A stretch of DNA of 32,000 bases. It comes from an uncultured archaeon (GTDB lineage Archaea; Altiarchaeota; Altiarchaeia; IMC4; SCGC-AAA252-I15). Below are positions 15,516-23,489 of this stretch, piece by piece (position 1 is the first letter of the stretch; each line of letters begins with the position of its first letter). The notes under the pieces were generated by a model. It saw only the letters and a program-made list of their open reading frames with translations, was not told the origin of the DNA and searched no databases. Both the position numbers and the translations under genes were made by a program. Location: positions 18,090 to 50,089 of the forward strand of contig CABMCB010000011.1 in NCBI GenBank assembly GCA_902384455.1. The letters are read 5' to 3'.

Positions 15516-16688
15516 ATGAATAGAAGACACATAACCTTCGCCTGCGTCATCCTGCTGCTTTTAATCCCCGCCGCATCCGCAAAACGCATACTTTTCTACG
15601 AAATATCCTCAGGAAACGACTACCGCATAGAAGGCGGCTACAGCAAGCTGCTGGAGGAACTGCGCACACGAGGCCACGACGTTGCCTCCATGACCAAAGG
15701 TGAAATAACCAAGGAAGCCCTCACAAACTACGACCTACTTATCATCCCAGACCTGAACAGGCCGCTGAAGTCCGCCGAAATTAGCTCGATCATCTGGTTT
15801 GTCCTGCAGCAGGGCAAAGGGCTTTTCATCATCGGAGGCGAGCCTACGTCAGTCAACATGCTCACAATACCGTTTGGCGCAACAATAGACGACGGACGCC
15901 TTGTGGACACGACAAACCCCATAACAGGCGACGCCGACAGAACGCACTTCGTCATATCCCGGTTCAACGAGCTGCCGACAATGAGAGTGCTACGCCAAGG
16001 CATAACTAAAGTGGGCTTCTACGGAGGATACGGCCTAAGACCGGCCGCAGACGCTAAAATAGTATCGACAGGTGACACCGACACTTATTCTGAAACGGGA
16101 AGCTTTGCTTCCGGAAGCCAACCCCCAATTTCCGCCGCAACCATATTCGGCAAAGGCCTCGTCTTCATCCACACTGACGCCGCATTCCTCTCCGACCAGC
16201 ATATAAACGACTTCGACAACAAAAGGTACGGCCTCAACATAATCGAGTGGTTGGCGATAAGCAGTGAGACTCTTCCTCAGGGCAACAGTACTCAGGAGTT
16301 GCAGATTATAATTGGGGAGTATAAGTTGGAGAACGCCCGCTTGCTTCAGCAGGTCACCCAGTGCACTGAGGAGAAAACAAGCATATTCAACATTAACGCT
16401 CAGATTACAAGCGAGCTTCTTGACGCTAAAACCCAGGTTGAGGAGCTGCAGCACGGGCGCATAGGGCCTTTCACGCCGACTAACTGGGCTATCATTGGTT
16501 TGGGCGTGCTCATATTCATTTCCGCTTTGATGGTTTCCCGCAAGCGCGCTAAGGTCCAGAAGGCTGAGGACGTCTTGGGCGAATTGGGGTATGAGATGGA
16601 CGACAAGAAAGGCAAGGGAGGCGGTCAAGGCATTGTGGGCGGGGACTTGAGCGACCTGGGGCTTAAGGAAGAGGACCTGGGCATTTGA
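15516..16688 (+). CDS. Secreted, C-terminally anchored surface protein with a DUF4350/GldG-like N-terminal domain and a coiled coil
   Basis: It has a signal peptide (ITFACVILLLLIPAASA). A domain follows with KRILFYE...YDLLIIPDLNRPLKSAEISSIIWFVLQQGKGLFIIGG, a flavodoxin-like 'ABC-type uncharacterized transport system' pattern. A heptad-like region (QELQIIIGEYKLENARLLQQV...QVEELQ) comes next, then a TM (WAIIGLGVLIFISALMV) and an acidic/Gly tail. Confidence 0.45.
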   Translation: MNRRHITFACVILLLLIPAASAKRILFYEISSGNDYRIEGGYSKLLEELRTRGHDVASMTKGEITKEALTNYDLLIIPDLNRPLKSAEISSIIWFVLQQGKGLFIIGGEPTSVNMLTIPFGATIDDGRLVDTTNPITGDADRTHFVISRFNELPTMRVLRQGITKVGFYGGYGLRPAADAKIVSTGDTDTYSETGSFASGSQPPISAATIFGKGLVFIHTDAAFLSDQHINDFDNKRYGLNIIEWLAISSETLPQGNSTQELQIIIGEYKLENARLLQQVTQCTEEKTSIFNINAQITSELLDAKTQVEELQHGRIGPFTPTNWAIIGLGVLIFISALMVSRKRAKVQKAEDVLGELGYEMDDKKGKGGGQGIVGGDLSDLGLKEEDLGI

Positions 16689-16748
16689 TTCGTAGGTTTG
16701 ACTGACCTAATTTCTTCTTTGATATTTAAGTCGTCAGCCGAATAAGCA

Positions 16749-17318
16749 ATGGAGTATTCTTCACGCAACATGACATCCAGATACGCTAATCCTCAAGAGA
16801 GAGCGCCGGAACGCCAGAATGGTTCCCGGATGGAGGCGGCGGTCATGGAAGCTTACCGAAACCGCGATTTCCCCGCCATACTTACCGCCGCATCTAAGTT
16901 TCTGGATGAAGCCTACGACGAAAAAGGCGACCTTAAAGCAGGCTACAACACAGAATACCTCCCCCGCGCATGGAGCTACGCAGCCGCAGCATTCGAAGCA
17001 GACGGAAGAAGAGACTACGCCTACCACTGCCTAAGAGCCGCCGACACTTATGGAGTGCTGGATTCAGAAAACTCCGGCGGAGTAGCAGAAGGCCTCAAAA
17101 GGTATGAACTCGATTTTGGGGTAATACGGTATCAGGACGGCACTTCAGTCGGCGAACCTCATCCCGGAATCAACATGCTCAACGCGCTCCCCGACATGAG
17201 ATGTAGGAGGCCTGATTTGGTTAATCCTGCTGAAGTGAAGCAGCCGCAGAGGTATCTGCCTGTAACCCGCAGTTCAGTCATAGGGGCGCTGCTGAAGCTG
17301 CTACAGAACAAGGCGTAA
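16749..17318 (+). CDS. Hypothetical protein
   Basis: 189 aa starting at an ATG, with an A/T box (ATATTTAAG) about 23 nt upstream. No recognisable motif and no TM. Confidence 0.4.
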   Translation: MEYSSRNMTSRYANPQERAPERQNGSRMEAAVMEAYRNRDFPAILTAASKFLDEAYDEKGDLKAGYNTEYLPRAWSYAAAAFEADGRRDYAYHCLRAADTYGVLDSENSGGVAEGLKRYELDFGVIRYQDGTSVGEPHPGINMLNALPDMRCRRPDLVNPAEVKQPQRYLPVTRSSVIGALLKLLQNKA

Positions 17319-17320
17319 GC

Positions 17321-17695
17321 TTACTTTTTGATGTTCCAATCGCGGTGGGTGGCTTCAGAAATCTTGGATAGAATCTGCTTCAAATCCGCGTCGGTAACAG
17401 GCGTTGGAAGACGCCTAGCCTGATGAAGCTGCACTAGAATCAACTCCACCTGCCGAGCGTAATCAGGCCTGGCAACCCTTACGTTTCCCAGCCGGCTTCT
17501 TGCCTCGGGAGTAAGTATTTGAGCCAGAATCATCCGAAGCTGCTTTTCATACTCTTCGGCGCGAATCTGCTGCTCAACCTGCTCTTGAGTAGAAGCCTGA
17601 GCCTGCTGGCGCGCCATCAACTCCTGAAGGCGCTTCTGCCGAAGTGAATCAAGGTCTTCGTCCAAATCAGATGACCCCCTCTCAGCCGCCGGCAA
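17321..17695 (-). CDS. PDCD5/TFAR19-like double-stranded-DNA-binding protein
   Basis: LRQKRLQELMARQQAQ...ILAQILTPEARSRLGNVRVARPDYARQVELILVQL...VTDADLKQILSKI matches the archaeal dsDNA_bind (MTH1615-type) family. The only start upstream of the conserved block is the TTG at 17695, preceded by AAGGG. Confidence 0.8.
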   Translation of the reverse strand: MPAAERGSSDLDEDLDSLRQKRLQELMARQQAQASTQEQVEQQIRAEEYEKQLRMILAQILTPEARSRLGNVRVARPDYARQVELILVQLHQARRLPTPVTDADLKQILSKISEATHRDWNIKK

Positions 17696-17703
17696 ACAAC
17701 CCT

Positions 17704-18126
17704 TTACTGCTTGGCAACCGACGCAGCAAGATTATCCAAGTAAGCGCGGCCTTTTGGCGTGATGACCCGGCCTTTTTTGTTTTCCGTTTTGACTGTGTAG
17801 CCGAGTTCGTCGAATTTTTGCAGCGCATGCCGCAGTATTTTGCCGCTGCCTCTGCGGAATTCTTCTGGTTTCACGCCCCGGTGTTTTCGGCCGCCGTATT
17901 GGGTTCGTAGTCTTTGTACGCCTACTGGTCCGTCGACGTATATTCTTCTGAGTACGGCTGCTGCTCGGGTCCACCACCAGTCTGCGTCTTCCGGCGGGCT
18001 TTCTTTGGTTACGCCTGTTTTGACGTAGAGCGCCCACTGGGGGCGTTCGAGTTTTACGTTCTCTTTCAGGTCTTTTGCAGTTGCTTTTATGAGTTTTTCG
18101 GGGTGTACGTCGTATACTGTCGCCAT
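17704..18126 (-). CDS. rps19e: Ribosomal protein eS19
   Basis: MATVYDVHPEKLIKATAKDLKE...PQWALYVKTGVTKESPP...WWWTRAAAVLRRIY...GVQRLRTQYGG is the canonical eS19 pattern. Confidence 0.9.
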   Translation of the reverse strand: MATVYDVHPEKLIKATAKDLKENVKLERPQWALYVKTGVTKESPPEDADWWWTRAAAVLRRIYVDGPVGVQRLRTQYGGRKHRGVKPEEFRRGSGKILRHALQKFDELGYTVKTENKKGRVITPKGRAYLDNLAASVAKQ

Positions 18127-18127
18127 G

Positions 18128-18577
18128 TTAGTGTTGCTCCGTTTCGTTGAATTTGACGATTTCTGTTTTGTCGAAGAATAGGGGTATTTCTTGGTTTGCT
18201 GATTCGCGGCTGTCGCTTGCGTGGATTATGTTTTGTTCTATGCGCAGTCCGAAGTCGCCGCGTATCGTCCCCATTTCCGCTTTTGCGGGGTCTGTGTTGC
18301 CTATGATCCGGCGGACTAGCGCTACTGCGCTGTCGGTGTCCAATACGTCCGTGTCCAGTACGCATGCGACCATAGGGCCGGCGGTCATCTGGTCTACTAG
18401 GTTTTGGTAGTAGGGTTTGTTTTCGTGTTGTTTGTATAGTTGCGCCGTTTTTTCTTTTGTTAATTGCATGACTCTTAGTCCGACTATGCGTATGCCGTGT
18501 CGTTCGAAGCGCGTTAGTATTTCTCCGACAAGTCCGCGTCTTACGGCGTCCGGGCGGATGACTATTAGAGTCTTCAT
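18128..18577 (-). CDS. ndk: Nucleoside diphosphate kinase
   Basis: TLIVIRPDAVRRGLVGEILTRFE...YKQHENKPYYQNLVDQMTAGPMVA...GTIRGDFG...NIIHASDS, including the catalytic His. It contains a 5-aa tandem duplication, listed as a separate repeat feature. Confidence 0.9.
   Translation of the reverse strand: MKTLIVIRPDAVRRGLVGEILTRFERHGIRIVGLRVMQLTKEKTAQLYKQHENKPYYQNLVDQMTAGPMVACVLDTDVLDTDSAVALVRRIIGNTDPAKAEMGTIRGDFGLRIEQNIIHASDSRESANQEIPLFFDKTEIVKFNETEQH
18332..18361 (-). repeat. In-frame 15-nt tandem duplication inside ndk (VLDTD-VLDTD)
   Basis: The coding strand reads GTACTGGACACGGAC followed by GTATTGGACACCGAC. The two copies differ only at three synonymous third positions. Confidence 0.8.
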
Positions 18578-18587
18578 TTTACCGTTT

Positions 18588-18941
18588 TTATTTTGCGCTC
18601 TCCTTTTGTTTGGCTTTCTTTGGCGCAGCTGCGGACTTTGTTTCTTTGGGTTGCGGTTGCTTGGAGGGCGTTTCTTTGCCGGGAGTTTCTTCGTTTAGGT
18701 CTTCTTCACTGATTAATGTGGCTGCTTCTTCGTGTGATGCTTTTACGCCGCCTTTGATTAGTATGGCTTTTTCGGTGTGGTATAGTTGGGTCCACTTGAC
18801 TTTACGTGGTTTTCGCTTGAGGTTCAGCGCGTTTTTCTCTGTTTTGCTGCTGCCGAATGCCAGTGCTTTCCCTCTTTTGGTTACGAATAGGACGCCGGTT
18901 CCTTTTGGGATTTGTTTTCCTGAGAAACTGTCTATTGCCAT
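18588..18941 (-). CDS. rpl24e: Ribosomal protein eL24, cysteine-less form with a long charged C-terminal tail
   Basis: MAIDSFSGKQIPKGTGVLFVTKRGKALAFGSSKTEKNALNLKRKPRKVKWT aligns with the archaeal eL24 consensus (C-x-F-C-G-x-x-I-x-P-G-x-G...F-C-S-S-K-C-x-K-N...KxxWT). The position between rps28e and ndk is the conserved one. Confidence 0.8.
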   Translation of the reverse strand: MAIDSFSGKQIPKGTGVLFVTKRGKALAFGSSKTEKNALNLKRKPRKVKWTQLYHTEKAILIKGGVKASHEEAATLISEEDLNEETPGKETPSKQPQPKETKSAAAPKKAKQKESAK

Positions 18942-18943
18942 CT

Positions 18944-19135
18944 TTAGTTTAGGGGTTTAGCTTCCCGCTCTGTTTCTTTTAAGTCTAGGACGTCGCCTTC
19001 TTGCACGGGTGTGCGCACGTTTCTGCGGATGACTCGGCCGTTGCTTGAGCCTTCCTGTATTTTGCACATTACTTGGATTACTTCTCCGTAGATGCCGGTG
19101 CGCCCTATGATTTTTACTACCTCAGCAAGTACCAT
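18944..19135 (-). CDS. rps28e: Ribosomal protein eS28
   Basis: MVLAEVVKIIGRTGIYGEVIQVMCKIQEGSSNGRVIRRNVRTPVQEGDVLDLKETEREAKPL is canonical eS28. The real ATG is at 19135. The ORF-track version to 19300 is an extension into rpl7ae. Confidence 0.9.
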   Translation of the reverse strand: MVLAEVVKIIGRTGIYGEVIQVMCKIQEGSSNGRVIRRNVRTPVQEGDVLDLKETEREAKPLN

Positions 19136-19137
19136 TT

Positions 19138-19497
19138 TTATTTGGCCAGTTCTTTGATTTTGGCTGCTACTTCTGTTAGGTTTTCTTTGGTTTTTCCTTC
19201 TTCTACTATGCATGCGGAGGCTGTGGGCACGTGTATGCCTACTGCTTCTCCGATGTCTGCTTTGGGCAGGAATAAGTAGGGTATGCCTTTTTCTTCGCAT
19301 AGTATCGGCAGGTGCATTACGATTTCTGGTGGTTCTACGTCGCCGCCGATGAAGACGAGTTTTGCTTTGGCTCGTTCTACTGCTTTGGTGACTTCGTTTG
19401 TTCCTTTGCGGATTTTTCCGGATTCCTTTGCTCCCTCTAGAAGTTCCAAACTTTTGTTTTGGATTTCCTGGGGGACTTCAAATTTTACGTAGCTCAT
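19138..19497 (-). CDS. rpl7ae: Ribosomal protein L7Ae (K-turn binding protein)
   Basis: [72 protein letters not shown] is canonical L7Ae. It is the first gene of the six-gene operon. Confidence 0.95.
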   Translation of the reverse strand: MSYVKFEVPQEIQNKSLELLEGAKESGKIRKGTNEVTKAVERAKAKLVFIGGDVEPPEIVMHLPILCEEKGIPYLFLPKADIGEAVGIHVPTASACIVEEGKTKENLTEVAAKIKELAK

Positions 19498-19504
19498 TGT
19501 TTTA

Positions 19505-19523
19505 CCTCGCTTTCGTTCACAGG
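19505..19523 (-). promoter_or_regulatory. Candidate K-turn hairpin in the rpl7ae 5' leader (possible autoregulatory L7Ae binding site)
   Basis: The transcript-sense sequence is 5'-CC-UGU-GA-AC-GAAA-GC-GA-GG-3', followed by UAAAACA-AUG. This gives a C-stem CC/GG (extendable to ACC/GGU), a 3-nt bulge UGU, and tandem sheared G.A/A.G pairs. An A.C pair and a C-G pair follow, closed by a GAAA tetraloop. The 3' strand contains the SD-like GAGGU, 8 nt before the AUG. Confidence 0.5.
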
Positions 19524-19639
19524 TGTGCGGAAAGGAAAGTGAAAGTAGTATATGTCAAGTGTGTTAATAAATGTGTTTGATTTACGTTGACGGCGTATTT
19601 GCGAATATATATTAGGAGGAATTCCGTATATTATACAAG

Positions 19640-20071
19640 ATGAAGTCCGGCCTCGTTGTGCTCATGTTGGCGGTGGTTGTCTTAAGCGCCGCTTGCCTGC
19701 AGTCTGACCCTACCGGCCGCGTCGTTGACGTTAAGGTGCCGTCTTGTAAGTTGTGGGGTGGTACTGTTGAGATTAAGACTGAGCGGGGGGCGACTATTTT
19801 TGGTAGTTGGCTTGGGGAGTCTGACGGCAGGCGTTTGTCTGGTTTCATGGATGTGGGAGGCGGAAAGTGGGTTTTGAACGCCAGCTTTAATGAGGGCGCT
19901 TCCAACGGGTTTTTCTATTGGACTGACGACGCTTCAAGGACTTATATTTCCGGGACTGTGGCGGGCAGAGTTGAAAGCGACGTGTTTTCAGGTGTGGTGG
20001 ACGGCAGCGTTACTGCGCAGGGCGAAGCGTATCCTTTTTCGGGCGTGATGAACGGCAGTTGCCGTGTTTAG
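19640..20071 (+). CDS. Small secreted protein / putative lipoprotein
   Basis: 143 aa. A signal peptide ends in the lipobox-like VLSAAC. The mature part is Gly/Ser/Val-rich and looks beta-rich. I recognise no family. Confidence 0.5.
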   Translation: MKSGLVVLMLAVVVLSAACLQSDPTGRVVDVKVPSCKLWGGTVEIKTERGATIFGSWLGESDGRRLSGFMDVGGGKWVLNASFNEGASNGFFYWTDDASRTYISGTVAGRVESDVFSGVVDGSVTAQGEAYPFSGVMNGSCRV

Positions 20072-21723
20072 GGGTGCGTTAGGTAGAATATTGTCTTCCC
20101 GTTTTCTTGGCGGTCTAGGCGGGCGAACCCTATGCGTTCCAGCTGTACTATGTCGTTGACTTTAACTGACGAGACCGCGTCTTCCGCGTATCCTGTCTTT
20201 GTTCCGTCGGGGGTCACCAGCTCTAGGGGATGCGACTTTTGAACCCAATGTATCTTAGGCAGGCTGCGGTCTTCTTTGGATATGCAAGTGAGGACTAGGG
20301 GGGCAGTTAACTCTACTTTGAAGGGGTATAGCCCTATGAGCTTTATTTCGTCTCCTTCCGCCAGTTTGTCCGCGTCTTCTTTGGACAATAGCACCGGCAT
20401 GTCGGGGTTGTAGGGGGATTCTCTTACTCCGCGGTTTTTGTGAGCTGGATGGTGGAATAAGCGGGCTGTTTTCCCCGGCGCGCACGTTAAGCGGGCTTCC
20501 ACGGGGTTTAGGACTGCGAATATGCGGTTGACGTGCGGGTCCAGCAGCTTCCTGTTTTCCGCGTATAATCCAGTCAGACTTACTGCGACGTCGTTTTCCG
20601 ACAACCCCAAACTTATCATGAAATTCCTTATGGCTTCGGGCTGTATCCCTCGCCGCTTCAGCGCCCGCAACGTGGGCAGACGAGGGTCATCCCAACCAGA
20701 GTACGTTCCTGCGGCGATGTCGCGGCTCATCTGGCTGCTGCTGAATTTCCCGTGCTCATGTATCCTCAGGCGACCCCAATGCAGGACGTTGGGTTGAGTC
20801 CAGTTGAGGTACTTGTATAAGTAGCTTTGGCGTTTTTCGCTGTCAGCCAAGTCTTTTCCGCGCAGCACGTGCGTTACCCCCGTGAGGTGGTCGTCGATTG
20901 CGCTTTGGAAGTCGAGAAGCGGCCATGCGCGGTATTTTTTTCCGGCTTTGGGGTGGGGTTCTGTGAGTATGCGGAATGCGACCCATTCTCTTAGTGCGGG
21001 GTCTGGGTGCGACAGGTCTGTTTTGATTCTAAGCACGGCTTCGCCTGGTTTTGTGGGGCCGTCTCGCATTTTCTCCCATTCCCGCATGTTTTCTTCTGGG
21101 GTTTGGTTTCTGTGTGGGCAGGGTTTTCCTGCGTCTTTGAGTGGTTTGAATTCGGTTTGTTTGCAGGTGCAGACGTAGGCGTTTCCTTGTTTTATGATTT
21201 CTTCGGCGTACTGGATGTATGTGGGTATGCGGTCGCTGGCTACGTAGACTTCGTCTGGGGCTGCATCTAGCCACTTGCAGTCTTCTATTATCCAGTCGTA
21301 TGCTGGGAGGTAGGGTTTCTTTGTTTTTGGGTCTGTGTCGTCGAATCTTAGGATGAATTTTCCGCCGTACGTTTTGGCGAGCGTATGGTTTATTATGACT
21401 CCGCGGGCGTGGCCGAGCGTTAAGGGGCCGTTGGGGTTTGGCGCGAATCTTAGGGTTGGTTTTTTGGGGTTGTCGGGTAGGGAGAGTTGTGGGTGTTCTT
21501 GTTGCGTTTCTTTTTTGTTTTCAGCGGGCGCCTCCTTTTTGAGCGCTTCGTCCGGGAGTGCGTTGACTTTTGCGACTACTTCGGCGGCTTTCTCTGCGAC
21601 TTCCTTGCTTTTGCTTCTAAGCGCCGGGTTGGATGCTAATGCTCCTCCTACTACCGCTTTGACGTCGGCTTTCCCGAATTTGAGCCGGTTTTTGACTGCT
21701 AAAGCGCGAAGTAGGTCTTCCAT
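20068..21723 (-). CDS. gltX: Glutamate--tRNA ligase (archaeal type)
   Basis: 551 aa. It has an archaeal-type N-terminal helical extension, the class I HIGH region RFAPNPNGPLTLGHARG, and conserved blocks FILRFDDTDP, VTHVLRGKDL and GWDDPRLPTLRALKRRG. Confidence 0.9.
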   Translation of the reverse strand: MEDLLRALAVKNRLKFGKADVKAVVGGALASNPALRSKSKEVAEKAAEVVAKVNALPDEALKKEAPAENKKETQQEHPQLSLPDNPKKPTLRFAPNPNGPLTLGHARGVIINHTLAKTYGGKFILRFDDTDPKTKKPYLPAYDWIIEDCKWLDAAPDEVYVASDRIPTYIQYAEEIIKQGNAYVCTCKQTEFKPLKDAGKPCPHRNQTPEENMREWEKMRDGPTKPGEAVLRIKTDLSHPDPALREWVAFRILTEPHPKAGKKYRAWPLLDFQSAIDDHLTGVTHVLRGKDLADSEKRQSYLYKYLNWTQPNVLHWGRLRIHEHGKFSSSQMSRDIAAGTYSGWDDPRLPTLRALKRRGIQPEAIRNFMISLGLSENDVAVSLTGLYAENRKLLDPHVNRIFAVLNPVEARLTCAPGKTARLFHHPAHKNRGVRESPYNPDMPVLLSKEDADKLAEGDEIKLIGLYPFKVELTAPLVLTCISKEDRSLPKIHWVQKSHPLELVTPDGTKTGYAEDAVSSVKVNDIVQLERIGFARLDRQENGKTIFYLTHP

Positions 21724-21763
21724 GATGAACGTATCTTTGGGGTTTAGCCGTTAAATCAGCGGC

Positions 21764-23035
21764 TTACTCTTTTTTGAGGCTGTAAAGCAGCATCCCGGTC
21801 CGCGGCTTGGGGTAGAAGAAGGTGCTTTTGGGCGGCATCCGGCCGTTTACTTTGGCTACTGCGATTAGGTCGTCGGCGGGTGTGGAGTTTACGAGTATTG
21901 CGGCTTGGGCTTTTCCGTCTTTTACTGTTTGTATTGCTTTTTTGGAGTCGTGTTGGTATGTGATGTTTCCTCCTACTGTCACGTCGTCTTTTATGCCAAG
22001 TATTGAGTCCAGCAGTATGCTGTGCAGTACTGTGACGTCTAGGCGCCTTAAGTGTGAGGGCACGTTGGGTAGTATGCGTTCAGCGTCTTTCTTTGATAGA
22101 GTCAGGACGTGGGCGTCGTGCGGTCCGAAGTACATTACGAATGCGTGGTGGCTTTTGTGTTTTTCAAGTTCGTCTTCGGGTTTCATTCCCGACGGCAGCG
22201 GGTGGACTGTGAACGCGGTCCTTATCTTCTGGAGGGCTTCGTCTGAAGTCATCGGCAGAGTCCTTATGAGCCGGTGGTAAGGCATCACAAGCAGACCGGG
22301 GTCTTCCACGGCGACGACAAAGACCATTACGTAGGCGGCCAGGGTGTTTTCGGGGTGGCGCTGCTTGTACATGTGGGCGGTCTCGTACCGGTGGTGGCCG
22401 TCGGCGATGTATAGGTCTTTTTCTTTGAATGTTTGTGTGATTGTGTTTATTTTTTCTTTGTCTTGTATTGCGTAGAGGCGGTTTATGATGCCTTCTTCGT
22501 CTTTGAATGAGTATAGGGGCGTTGTTTTTGCGGCTTCTTCCAGTAGGGGTTTTATTGCGTTTTCGCCGTCGTTGTATATGAGGAATACGGGGGAAAGCTG
22601 TGTTTTTGCTGCTTCTGTTAGGGCGAGGCGGTCTTCCTTTAGGGTGCTCATTGTGTTTTCGTGCGGGTGTACGCTACCGGACCCTAGAGGTTCAATTTTG
22701 ATTAATGCTTGTAGGCCTAGTCTTCTTCGGGTTATTCCGTCGTGAGCCGTGAATGTTTGTTCGTAGACGTAGTATATGGGTTCTTTTTCTTGGATTATGG
22801 TTTCGTCTTTTATCCATGAGGTGAGGCGTTCTGCGGCTTCTTTGTAGCGGTCTGCCGCTTCGTGGGATTGAGGCAGGTCGACGTGGACTATGTTGTGGGG
22901 CTCTTTCTGCGATAGCCTCGTTCTTAGTTCTGGGGATACTACGTCGAAGGGCGGAGCAGTAAGAAGTGAAAGGTCTTTCTTCAACTCAAGGCTGTACCTT
23001 AATCCTCTGAAAGGCTTTATTTCGACCATCCTCAT
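21764..23035 (-). CDS. DUF1015-family protein (conserved, function unknown)
   Basis: 423 aa. The N-terminal IKPFRGLRY...APPFDVVS and central IADGHHRYETA motifs are the DUF1015 signatures as I recall them. Confidence 0.7.
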   Translation of the reverse strand: MRMVEIKPFRGLRYSLELKKDLSLLTAPPFDVVSPELRTRLSQKEPHNIVHVDLPQSHEAADRYKEAAERLTSWIKDETIIQEKEPIYYVYEQTFTAHDGITRRRLGLQALIKIEPLGSGSVHPHENTMSTLKEDRLALTEAAKTQLSPVFLIYNDGENAIKPLLEEAAKTTPLYSFKDEEGIINRLYAIQDKEKINTITQTFKEKDLYIADGHHRYETAHMYKQRHPENTLAAYVMVFVVAVEDPGLLVMPYHRLIRTLPMTSDEALQKIRTAFTVHPLPSGMKPEDELEKHKSHHAFVMYFGPHDAHVLTLSKKDAERILPNVPSHLRRLDVTVLHSILLDSILGIKDDVTVGGNITYQHDSKKAIQTVKDGKAQAAILVNSTPADDLIAVAKVNGRMPPKSTFFYPKPRTGMLLYSLKKE

Positions 23036-23082
23036 GGACTAAGTAGGATAAGAAGAAAAACAAAGCGGTTTTAACGGCGCAA

Positions 23083-23448
23083 TTAAAGCAGTTTCAGTCG
23101 GCTGGTTATCGCGTCCACGTCTTTGTCTGGTGCGGGCCCTATTGCTATGCATGTTGTTGTGCCGGGTAGTATTTGGGTGAGCCCTGCGTCGTTTATTATG
23201 GCCGTGGGGAGTCCTGCGCGCTGGGCTTCTTGGAATAGGTTTAGCAGTTCGGCTTCGGAGGTGGCCTTGAGCACTATCTTTTTTTGGCCTTCTCTCATCC
23301 ATTCTGTTTTGTGGGGGCTTTTGTCTGCTGCTGTTACGCTGGCGTGTGCTGCTTGTGCGGCGGTTTTTCCTTTGCCCATCAGCAGGTCGGTTCGGATGAT
23401 TATTGCCTGTTTGTATTCGTAGTCGGATGATTTTTTAGTGGCGGCCAC
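23083..23448 (-). CDS. pth2: Peptidyl-tRNA hydrolase, archaeal type (Pth2)
   Basis: KQAIIIRTDLLMGKGKTAAQAAHASV...KIVLKA...AGLPTAIINDAGLTQILPGTTTCIAIGP is canonical Pth2. The only start upstream of the conserved block is the GTG at 23448. Confidence 0.9.
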   Translation of the reverse strand: MAATKKSSDYEYKQAIIIRTDLLMGKGKTAAQAAHASVTAADKSPHKTEWMREGQKKIVLKATSEAELLNLFQEAQRAGLPTAIINDAGLTQILPGTTTCIAIGPAPDKDVDAITSRLKLL

Positions 23449-23489
23449 ATTAAGTTAAGGGGATACGCATTTATTTAGGGGGGATTTTT

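Noticed and set aside
17321-19497. The possibility that the ribosomal operon order is unusual.
   Set aside because: rpl7ae-rps28e-rpl24e-ndk is a well-known conserved archaeal arrangement. rps19e with the PDCD5-like dsDNA-binding gene is also a common neighbourhood. Only their fusion into a single tight operon is slightly notable.
23449-23489. A bidirectional TATA box in the 41-nt gap between pth2 and the KaiC-like gene.
   Set aside because: The A/T elements (ATTAAGTTAA, CATTTATTTA) lie only 10-25 nt from the respective start codons. This does not fit the usual -26 spacing for either gene well enough to call. Both genes also use non-ATG starts, which makes the 5' ends uncertain.
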